Source of the DNA: the human T2T-CHM13v2.0 reference genome, Homo sapiens | DNA: 64,000 nt | Direction: 5' to 3' (one strand) | Assembly (NCBI RefSeq): GCF_009914755.1 | Contig: NC_060930.1 | Shown: in pieces, positions 1 through 64,000 of the stretch | Numbering within the stretch: the first letter of the stretch is position 1 | Layout of the letters: each line of letters begins with the position of its first letter | Notes under the pieces: generated by a model | What the model saw: the letters and a program-made list of their open reading frames with translations, nothing else | Told to the model about the DNA's origin: nothing | The model's database searches: none | Program-made: the position numbers and the translations under genes

Positions 1-1087
<1,087 letters not shown>

Positions 1088-1382
1088 ACCCCCGATCTAC
1101 CCAAAAAATGTTATCTAATGGTTTCAGTGATTTAGTTATGAATTATTACATCTTTCATACATTTATTGACCAGTTATATTTTTTCTGTGAGCAGTCTTTC
1201 ATCCCTTTTGTCCATGTTTTTGGTTTTTTTGTTTTTTAATTGAAAACATTGGATAGTCTGAGACTTTCTATGTAGTATAAAAATGTGTTCCCTATCATAT
1301 GTATTGAAAATATTTTCCTCTCACTTGTTATTTGTGTCTCGATTTTGTTTATGTGTTTTTTTTGCCGTTGTACAGAAAGTAA

Positions 1383-3508
<2,126 letters not shown>

Positions 3509-4467
3509 AAGTTCAGGTTTTTTAAAAAATGTCCTAAAACAATATTTTAGAGCTTTATTCACATAGTACTTTACACTTTTAGTAAGATCGTGGATTATTT
3601 TATAGTTTTGTGGTATTTTGAATTTTTTGTATTTTATAGTATTTTATAGTTTTGTTATTATGAATGGGTACTTTTTCATGTATTTTCTAACTAGATATCA
3701 GTCTGAACAAAATGAATTCCTGACGTTAATATTGCTGCTTCTGTCACCTCACTCAAGCATATTACTTGCTTTCGGTTTTTATGAGCTACTTTTTATCTGA
3801 TTCTATGGCTTTATGTTAAAGTTAGAAATAATAGGATGTTTACTATCACTGGCAACATTCAACATAGTTCTAGAGAAATTAGACAAAGCAATAAAAAAGA
3901 TAATTTGAGAGGTATAAATTAATAGTAGAAAATAACTTAAACATTTTTAACAGCTGATAATTATCTATCTGGAAAATCCACGAGAAGCAACTAAAAACCG
4001 ATTGGAACTAACAGAGATCTTTAAAGCAGCAAGAAACAAGATCAACACTGAAAACGAATAGCTTTCTATCAATAGCCATAATCCATTCTCTCCCATAATA
4101 TTGCTAATGTCCAAGTCCAACCCTTTCTATCTTTTACCTGGTTATTTAAATAATCTTCTGCAAGGAATACTTCTTTTCATGCTATGGCCCTATAAGTCAT
4201 TCTTTACCCAGCAGGCAGAGGCATAGCTCAAGTATAGACTTCTAGACTTAAAACTACTCAATGGTCCCTGACTACACTTATATTTCTCTTTTAGCTCTTA
4301 TAACATCCTGTTCTTTTTCTTAATAGCACTCGTCACAATTTGCAAACATACATGTTTTTGTGTGTTTATTGAATATCTGCCTCTAGAATAAATGTTGTAT
4401 AAAGGCAGGAAAAACAACACTTTTGTTACTACCATATATACTTAGAACACAGTAGGGAATTTAGTAA

Positions 4468-7175
<2,708 letters not shown>

Positions 7176-7265
7176 GCGACTTGATGAAGCTTCCATGTTA
7201 TTTAATTCTACTCAGTTCCTAGGGAATGCATATTACAGCAAAGTTGAGTATAATGCAGATATTCC

Positions 7266-8229
7266 TGAGAGGTGAAGCCGACTGGGCTTCTGGGTCGGGT
7301 GGGGACTTGGAGAACTTTTCTGTCTAGCTAAAGGATTATAAACACACTAATCAGCACTCTGTGTTTAGCTAAAGGTTTGCAAACGCACCAGTCAGCACTC
7401 TGTGTCTAGCTAATCAGGTGGGGACTTGGAGAACTTTTGTGTCTACCTAAAGGATTGTAAACGCACCAATCAGCACTCTGTAAAACGGACCAATCAGCAC
7501 TCTGTAAAATGGACCAATCAGCAGGATGTGGGTGGGGCCAAATAAGGGGCCAAAAGCAGGCCACCTGAGCCAGCAGTGGCAACTCTCCTATCAGTCCTGT
7601 TCCATGCTGTTGCAGTTTTCTTCTTTTGCACTTTGCAATAAATCTTACTGCTGTTACTGCTGGTTACTGTTTGGGTCCTCACTGCCTTTATGAGCTGTAA
7701 CACTCACTGTAAAAGTCTGCAGGTTCACTCCTGACACTAGCGTAAATGACAAGCCCATTGGGAGGAACGAACAACTCTGGAGGTGCCATCTTTAAGAGCT
7801 GTAACACTCATTGCAAAGGTCTGCAGCTTCACTCCTGAAGCCAGCAAGACCATGAGCCCACAGGGAGGAATGAACAACTGTGGACGTTCCGCCTTTATGA
7901 GCTATATAACACTGACTGCGAAAGTCTGCAGCTTCACTTCTGAAGCCAGCGGGACCATGAACCCACAGGGGAGGAATGAACAGCTCTGGATGCACCACCT
8001 TTAAGAGCTGTTAACAGTCAACGGCGAAGGTCTGTGGCTTCACTCCTGAGGCCTGTGCAGGTCACTGAACCCAGCGGAAAGAAGAAATTCCAGACACATC
8101 CAAACAGCTGAAGGAACAGACTGTGGACACACTATTTTTAAGAACTGTAAACACCGTGAGGGTCCGTGGCTTCATTCCTGAAGTCAGCGAGACCAAGAAC
8201 CCACCGGAAGGAACCAATATTTGGACACA
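7266..8229 (+). mobile_element. Solo LTR12 (ERV9) element
   Basis: TGAGAGGTGAAGCC start; repeated CCAATCAGCACTCTG; repeated AGAGCTGTAACACTCACT...GAAGCCAGC units; GGACACA end; near-TSD ttcc/ttcg. Confidence 0.9.
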
Positions 8230-8259
8230 TTCGTATCAGCTGTTTAAAATTCTTGGTGG

Positions 8260-8873
8260 GGGCCGGGAGCTGTGGCTTAACGCCTGTAATCCCAGTACTT
8301 TGGAAGGCTGAGGTAGGTGGATCACGAAGTCAGGAGTTTGAGAACAGCCTGGGCAATATGCTGAAACACCTGTCTCTAGTAAAAATAAGAAAATTAGTAG
8401 GGCATGGTGGCATGTGCCTGTAATCCCAGCTACTTGGGAGGCTGAAGCAGGAGAATCGCTCAACCCGGGAGGCAGAGGTTTCCGTGAGCTAAGATCGCGC
8501 CACTGCACTCCAGCGTGGGTGACAGAGCAACACTCAGTCTCAAAACAGAATTCTTCATGGGACATTTAACTGAAAGGCTTAAACTGGCTTAAGTCTATTT
8601 TAAGACACGGGGTCTCTGTCACCTTTTGCAGTGGCATGATTATAGCTTCCTGCAGCTTTGAACTCCTGGGCTCAAGCAATCCTCCTGCCTCAGCCTCCTG
8701 AGTAGCTGTGACTACAGGCATCCACCATCACACCCAGCTAATCTTATTTTTTTTGTAGAGACTGGGTTTCATCATGTTGGTCAGGCTGGTTTCGAACTCC
8801 TGACCTCAAGTGATCTGCTTGCCTTGGCCTCCCAAAATATTGGGATTACAGACATGAGCCACTGCGCCCAGCC
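8260..8873. mobile_element. Alus 8260-8546(+) and 8600-8873(-)
   Basis: Alu consensus. Confidence 0.85.
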
Positions 8874-9023
8874 AGAGGGTGTTTTTTTAATGTGGCATTT
8901 GAAAATAAAAAGTTGGAATATACATTTGTTTTTGGGAGTATTCAATACTTTTAAGGAAGATTAATATGTTTGTGAAATACAGGGGAAAGCTTTTAGTACA
9001 AGTTAAGTATAGATAAATCTTAG

Positions 9024-13360
<4,337 letters not shown>

Positions 13361-13459
13361 GGCGCGTGCTGGTAATCCGCGGCTCAAGCCCCGCCCCCAC
13401 TGTCCCCATTCTCCGCTCACCTCTCTCCAAGGACACTGCGCACGCGCCACGACGTCCCG

Positions 13460-13581
13460 CCTTTCTCCCCGCCCTGCCGCGGCCCCGGGGCGCAGCGCGC
13501 ACGCAATCGCGTTTCCGGAGAGACCTGGCTGCTGTGTCCCGCGGCTTGCGCTCCGTAGTGGACTCCGCGGGCCTTCGGCAG
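13460..13581 (+). other. TMEM14B: TMEM14B non-coding exon 1 (start approximate)
   Basis: Lies in the CpG island; donor CAG|gtcggt at 13582; TSS cannot be fixed from sequence. Confidence 0.75.
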
Positions 13582-13944
13582 GTCGGTGCAGGTCTTTGGA
13601 GAGTATTGTTTTTATTTTCTGCCACTTTTAACTTTTAGGGATTATTTAGGAGTTTCACGGCCGTCTGCTTTTCGTCCCCCCGATTCAGCGGGCCTTTATG
13701 CCGTGTGGTCGGTGCTTTTCTCCTTGGGTATTTTCTGCTTGTCTTAAAAGAGGCTGTGGATGCTCGGAGCACCTGAGCTCCTGAGGCAAAGGCTTACCCT
13801 TGTAGCATAGTGTTGCCTCGTTTCCTGGTGGTTTTGTTGCTCCAGCTCTTTAAAAGCCTCCCTTACTCAGTGCCGCCTCGAGTTAAGAACTGTGGGCAAG
13901 ATCCCAAGCCCGCTGCCCTTCCCCGTTTTATGGGAAATTAATTC

Positions 13945-14252
13945 TTTCTTTTTTTGGGGGGTGGGGAGGGGTTCTCGCTGTGTCGCCCAGCCTGGAGTGC
14001 AGTAGCCTGAATATGTCTTATTGCAGCCTCTGCCTCCTGGGCTCAAGCCATCCTCCCACCTCAGCCTCCCAAGTAGCTGGGATTACAGGTGCATGCCATC
14101 ATGCCCGATTTGTGTGTGTGTGTGTGTGTTTTAATAGAATATGGGTTTCACCATGTTGACCAAGCTGTTCTCGAACTCCTAACCTCAGGTAATCCGCCTG
14201 CCTGGGCCTCCCAAAGTACTGGGATTACAGGCGTGAGCCACTTTGCCTGGCC
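13945..14252 (-). mobile_element. Alu with (TG)n in the linker, TMEM14B intron 1
   Basis: Alu consensus. Confidence 0.85.
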
Positions 14253-14945
14253 TAATTCTTTAAACAGAATAAACGGCGTATGCATTGCTTTCCATCTTGT
14301 TAGGTTCACTGCATACAGAATACTTTTCTGTAAGAAAATAGGAGCTGTTTTTCCAAGGGTGCAATGTCACATGTGATTCTGACTTGAGTTTCCGTGTATT
14401 TTACCCTCCCCTTCTGCCCTCCTAACGAGAACTGTGAGTTGGATGCAGAAGTTTCTAAAAAAAAAAATTGAGTATTGAAATTGGCTGTTGCATCAGTGAA
14501 GAAAAGCAACATCCCTACCACCCCTCAAAAGAGACATTAAAGTAGTTGGATTAAGGGCACGGGAGTATTTGCTTTCCGATTTAGTGATAATGTGAGTGCT
14601 TAATGAAATGACTAACACATTCCCTGATTATAGAGCTGGTCAGTGGATCTTGCTGAGTTTCCTGTGGACCTATGTGAAATGATCGGCATCTGTTCAGGGT
14701 TTACTAGGTGCTAAGCACCTTTACATGTGACATCCATTGAATGCTCACAACACCCCCAGGAAATTGGTACCAGTGTTATCCTCATGGTACAGTGAAGGAT
14801 ACTGAGACTTAGGTTGCATAGCCTGCAGGTTGGACACACTTCTTTCTGACTGCTGGGGAGCTGTGCTTTTAACCACTGCTGATCCGGCTTGTTTTCCCCA
14901 GATGCAGGCCTGGGGTAGTCTCCTTTCTGGACTGAGAAGAGAAGA

Positions 14946-22218
<7,273 letters not shown>

Positions 22219-22658
22219 CAGAAGTCATGTTCCAGCTTGGACTCATGAAGGATTAAAAATCTGCATCTTCCACTATTTTCAATGTATTAAGAGAAATAAG
22301 TGCAGCATTTTTGCATCTGACATTTTACCTAAAAAAAAAAAGACACCAAATTTGGCGGAGGGGTGGAAAATCAGTTGTTACCATTATAACCCTACAGAGG
22401 TGGTGAGCATGTAACATGAGCTTATTGAGACCATCATAGAGATCGATTCTTGTATATTGATTTTATCTCTTTCTGTATCTATAGGTAAATCTCAAGGGTA
22501 AAATGTTAGGTGTTGACATTGAGAACCCTGAAACCCCATTCCCTGCTCAGAGGAACAGTGTGAAAAAAAATCTCTTGAGAGATTTAGAATATCTTTTCTT
22601 TTGCTCATCTTAGACCACAGACTGACTTTGAAATTATGTTAAGTGAAATATCAATGAA

Positions 22659-22664
22659 AATAAA
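22659..22664 (+). terminator. TMEM14B polyadenylation signal AATAAA
   Basis: AATAAA about 440 nt after the stop codon, followed by U/GU-rich sequence. Confidence 0.75.
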
Positions 22665-23537
22665 GTTTACTATAAATAATATTTCCTATGGTGTCTTCAT
22701 TGCCAGAGCTGGTCTAGTTCATAGAATGAGATGTTGCTAGATATAGAAACTTGAAAGTATTTTGTTGATATTTAGAAATTACCTATTTTGAGTAATTTAA
22801 GGACCAAGGAAAGTTATTTGATTGTACATTGCATTGAAGCTTGTTTCAAAAATGATCTCTGAGGATTTTTTTGTTTGTTTTTTAAGAGACAGGGTCTTTC
22901 TCTGTCACCTAGGCTGGAGGGCAGTGGTACAATCATATCTCACTGTAGCCTCAAACTCTTGGGTTCAGTCATCCCACTTCAGCCTCCTGAATAGCTGGTA
23001 CTACTGGTGCATACCACCTCGCTAATTTATTTTATTTTTTTGTAGAGATGGGGTCTTGCTCTGTTGCTCAGGCTGCTATCAAACTCCTGGTCTCATGCGA
23101 TTCTCTCTCCTTGGCCTCCCAAAGTGCTGGGGTAATGAGCATGGCCACTGAGGATTTCTAAGATTTAGGACTGTGTAGCAAAAAAAGAAGAAGAAAAAAA
23201 GTGGTTTTTTTTGTTAATTAGTTCATATATAATTGTGAAACTAGAAGACCCATCTAGAGCTTGAATCACCTAGTTTGGGCTCTACATTGGACACATTTAC
23301 TGGATACTGGTACGTTTTTAGTTCACTTTATTCATGTTTCAACATGAAGAATTAACTCAATCTGGTGCCCTTTGTTTTAGTTTTCATTCCCTCTTTAAAA
23401 AGGTAAGGAGCTGGGCGCGGTGGCTCACGCCTGTAGTGCCAACACTTTGGGAGGCCGAGATGGGTGGATCACCTGAGGTCAGGAGTTTGAGACCAGCCTG
23501 GCCAACATGGTGAAACCCTGTCTCTACTAAAAATTCA

Positions 23538-23726
<189 letters not shown>

Positions 23727-24606
23727 CTAACTGATACTGGTTGAGTTTAGAGTATAATTCAGACACTTTATGTATTTGCATAAGCCCCTGGATGGTGGTC
23801 CTAGTTTTCCATCCTTTTTTATAGGACTCTGGACAATTAAGGGCTCTTGTGTTGCAGTGGTAGAGGCATCAGAAGGCCACAGATCATCCAAAGCTATCAT
23901 CCTCCCAGGCTTCCATAGCTAAGATTTTGAGTCTCAACGTTGGCCATTTTTTCATGTGTCATGGAGTGTTTCCAAAGGGCACACATTTTTGCCACCTTCA
24001 GTCCTAGAGGAGGACCTGGCTCCTCATGAATGACAAGGTTCCCTGAATGTGGGAATTAGTTTAGGTGCCAAGTAGATCCCCATGTGACTATTTGATCCCC
24101 AGCAATCAGCCTGGAAAATTCTAAGGCTGCCCACAGATGAGAGGCAGGAGATCTTCATAGCCCTTGCCAAGTGCCCTCATCCCTGCTTCTCTGCAAAGAT
24201 CCCTGAGTATTTACTGCCTAAGGGTTGTGCTGGGTCCTAGCAGTGCAAAGAACAAGCCATGGTGCTTGCCCTTCTGGAGTCTGGTGGAGGAGGTGGACAT
24301 CTAAACAAAGGCAGTATAGAAATAAGTGTATGATGGAGGTAGATCCATATTACTGTGGGGGCACAAGGAGGGGAGTGGGCATTTCTGTTGAGGGAGTCAA
24401 GGTAGGCTTCACAAAGGAACCAACAGTTAAGCTGAGTCTTGTCAGTTGATGCATGAATCAGTTGACATGAACTCCTTTTGTGAGTTGTCTGAGAAATTCA
24501 TAGGTAAGGACGGGGCAAATGTCTCAGAGCGAGCAATATATACAGTGCCTCAAAGGCATGAAACTATGTAGCATAACTGGGTTCAACCCTTTCCTTAGAG
24601 ATCTAA

Positions 24607-24798
<192 letters not shown>

Positions 24799-25106
24799 TA
24801 GTAGAGATGGGGTTTCACCATGTTGGCCAGGCTGGTCTTGAACTGACCTCAGGTGATCCACCTGTCTTGCCTCCCAAAGTGCTGGAATTACAGGCATGAG
24901 CCACCGCACCAGGCCAAGATCTAATTCTTTTTAATGGCTTTTAAGTTGTACGGATGATTACTATTTAGTTTACTATTCCCCTACTGATAGAAATATGTCT
25001 TGTTTAATGCCTTTGATAGCCGGGAGCAGTGGCTCATGCTTGTAATCCCAACACTTTGGGAGGCTGAGGTGGGCAGATCCCCTGAGGCCTTTGATATTAC
25101 AAAGGA

Positions 25107-25621
25107 TGGTGTACCAAGAAATATCCTCATGGAAATCCCCGTGAACATGTGCAAAGGAATCTGTAGGTTACATTCCTAAATGCTGAGTCAGAGCATCTCA
25201 GCATTTAAAATTGTGATTGCCTTCAGAAGAGGATGCACCAATTTATCCTCCCACTAGTGGTGGCTTTGTGTAATTGGACTTTGTAAAAATCTTTGACACA
25301 TTAAGCTGGAAGTCTGCAAACTTGTTCTGTAAAGGGCCAGATAGTGAATATTTTAGGCTTCTCAGGCCATCTGTGTCCCAGCTGTTCACCTCTGCCTTTG
25401 TAGAATGAAAGCAGCCACAGCCAATCAATAAACGAGTGTGACTGTTCCAATAAAACTATGTATGGGCCCTGAAATCTGGATTTCATATGATTTCTACATA
25501 TCACAAAATAGTCTTATTTTGATTTTTTTCAACCATTTCAAAATGCAAATCTATTCTTAGCTTGCTCTCTGCACAAAAACAGGCAATGGACTAGAATTGG
25601 CTCACTGACCATAGTCATGCC
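25107..25621 (+). repeat. Segmental-duplication paralog of 561-1087
   Basis: Same block; similarity stops where the LTR fragment begins at 25622. Confidence 0.92.
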
Positions 25622-25747
25622 TGTAAGAGTTAAAGAAAGAAGAAAGAAACATGAAACGTGGCTTTGTAGTCAAAGACAGGTTTTCTTTACTTAAAACCTG
25701 AGAGGCTTCCCGGCTAATTTCGGTTAGGAGCACTTTCTCTTACAGAC
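25622..25747 (-). mobile_element. Truncated ERV1-class LTR, 3' end only
   Basis: Begins TGTAAGAGTTAAAGAAAG (reverse complement ends ...CTCTTACA); family not assigned. Confidence 0.55.
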
Positions 25748-26099
25748 CCTGCACTTGATGGATCACCTGGCACCGCCCAAATTGATAAACTGGCTCATCT
25801 GATCTTGTGGCCCCCATCCAGGAACTGACTCAGTGCAAGACAACAGCTTGCACTCCCTATGACTTAATCTCCCACCGGACCAGTCAGCACTCCTGAGTCA
25901 CCTGGCTGCCCCTGGCACACCAAGTAACCCTTAAACACTTCAATCCTTGAATGCTCTGGGAGACTGATTTGAGTACCAATAAAACTCCAGTCTCCTGCAC
26001 AGCTGGCTCTGCGTGTGCTCTTTCTCTATTGCAATTCCCTGTCTTGATAACTCAGCTCTGTCTAGGCAAAGGGCAAAGTGAACCCATTGGGCCATTACA
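25744..26099 (+). mobile_element. LTR8 3' portion
   Basis: CCTGCACTTGATGGATCA...GGAGACTGATTTGAGT..AATAAAACTCC...GAACCCATTGGGCCATTACA matches the LTR8 end. Confidence 0.82.
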
Positions 26100-26137
26100 A
26101 GATTTTGTGTCTTTGGAAAGCACTTCACATTTTTATT

Positions 26138-28330
<2,193 letters not shown>

Positions 28331-28419
28331 CTAAAACTGCTTTTTTTAAAGACTACTAATTAAAACAACAACAACAAATAGAATTCAGGATATAAGGTTT
28401 AAAAACATAATGAAAACAC

Positions 28420-61987
<33,568 letters not shown>

Positions 61988-62188
61988 CTATAAAAACACA
62001 GAGAAAACAACAAATGGAAAACAGTTCCACCTAAATGTATTGCACATAAACTATGGTTGGCCCTGTGCGAGGCATTTATCATTAGCCCACATGAGCTTCA
62101 AAGATTTAGAAAGCAGCCATCATTCCCTATACAGTGCCTCTTTTAAAAGATAACCAGAAAAAAATGATTTGAGAAATAAATTGCATTA

Positions 62189-62524
<336 letters not shown>

Positions 62525-63007
62525 TCACTTGTTATTATAACATCTAAGCAAAACAGCTGTTCTATTTATTTAAAGATTTGTTAGTGAAAATAAAATGTAA
62601 TTTATAGACATTGGCTAAATTAATGTGATTACTTCAAGCTAAAATACTACACACCAATAATGGTTTAGAGTACACTCAAAGACATTAAAAAGTGAATTAA
62701 GAAAATCTTCCATATAGATTATTTGAAATGATTAACCAGAGCTGTATGTAAAATTCCGGGTTACTCTCAGCCTGAGTACAACAATATACCTACTAGTAAT
62801 AAAAAAAAAATCTAAAGAGGGGACAACAAACACATACTGTTGAAGTTTATTTCATCGGTATACCAGCAAAGAGAAGACATTTATGGGAAGAAAATATAAA
62901 AATATTATGAAAAATGATCACTGTTTGAGTTTTATCTAGATCAGTCACCTGACTGCTTGCATGAGAGGGAAAGGACCCCCTGGTGTATGGGTGGCACCAT
63001 CTAATAG

Positions 63008-63228
63008 CAGTGCTTCCCAAATGGAGGCAAGTTTGCCCCTTGGGAGATATCTGGCAATGTCTGGAGACATTTCTTATTATAATGACAGGGGTTGGGGGAC
63101 GCTACTAGTGTCTAGTGTCTAGAGGGCCAGGGACATTGCTAACTATCCCATAATGCACACAATAGCACCCCACAGCAAAGAGTTATCTGGTTCACAACGT
63201 CAGTAAGGCTAAAACCGAAAAAATATTC
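63008..63228. mobile_element. MER20-type hAT MITE
   Basis: TGGCAATGTCTGGAGACATTT...AGGGCCAGGGACATTGCTAA signature. Confidence 0.65.
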
Positions 63229-63709
63229 TACAGAATGTCTAAAGCCTGTGTAGCTCAGCTATGGAAAAATTCCCTTATTGGCATCAAATACCTGGGCAAA
63301 GTAGCTGGTCATTTTTGGGGGGATGGGTTCCTTAAGATGGTCAAGCTCTGTTCCCCTGAACCTCCTGCCTTTAGCCAGTCCCCACATAGGTGGGAACATA
63401 GCCCTGACCAACAGTTAACTCCTCCCATGTGTAAGGGCAGTTTTTAGAGGAACAGAAGGCAGCTTGGTACTTTAAATGGTCTTCATATTCTACAACTTAA
63501 CCAACCTCTCTCCCTAATTAGGTCTTTCCACTTCCACTAAAAAGCAGGGCTGTGAAACAGAGCACAAGAAAGAGTTTGTTAAGGGTTACTTGCATTCTCA
63601 GTGGAATACACAAATATACATAATTTGAATACTTCAATGCCTAGCACACTGAAGGTACTCAAATTCTGAATTAAGTCACATTAAGTAATTAGTATGTCAA
63701 TATTCCTAA

Positions 63710-64000
<291 letters not shown>

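Noticed and set aside
7518-8311. Short ORFs inside LTR12
   Set aside because: They derive from LTR internal tandem repeats; no gag/pol/env sequence is present
22331-22341. A-run in the TMEM14B 3' UTR as a transcript end
   Set aside because: Genomic A-tract likely to cause oligo-dT internal priming; the canonical signal lies at 22659

Overview
Human/primate genomic DNA, recognisable as the 6p24 TMEM14B-MAK locus. The + strand carries the complete TMEM14B gene: a CpG-island promoter, non-coding exon 1 and five coding exons that splice to a 114-aa membrane protein. The - strand carries the last seven coding exons and 3' UTR of the ciliary kinase MAK, including its 75-nt retina-type cassette exon. 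A divergent lncRNA probably runs leftward from the TMEM14B promoter. The rest is very Alu-dense, with solo LTRs (LTR12, LTR6-like, LTR8 pieces, MaLR), DNA-transposon MITEs (MER85, MER44, MER58, MER20), a 5S rRNA pseudogene and a 35-bp VNTR. Nearly all ORFs in the supplied track are Alu or GC-content artefacts. I see no wholly new gene system. The most interesting structure is: (1) fossil evidence of the TMEM14C/TMEM14B duplication, including two complementary LTR8 halves 24 kb apart that share one target-site duplication (TSD); (2) a probable 5S rRNA-Alu chimeric retrocopy; (3) a splice-switchable uORF overlapping the TMEM14B start; (4) a candidate TMEM14B terminal exon antisense to a MAK coding exon; (5) a UAG-rich VNTR in a MAK intron. 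Repeat family names come from remembered consensus sequences and need RepeatMasker/Dfam confirmation. MAK exons are numbered as in the retinitis pigmentosa literature; transcript-based numbering may be one higher.
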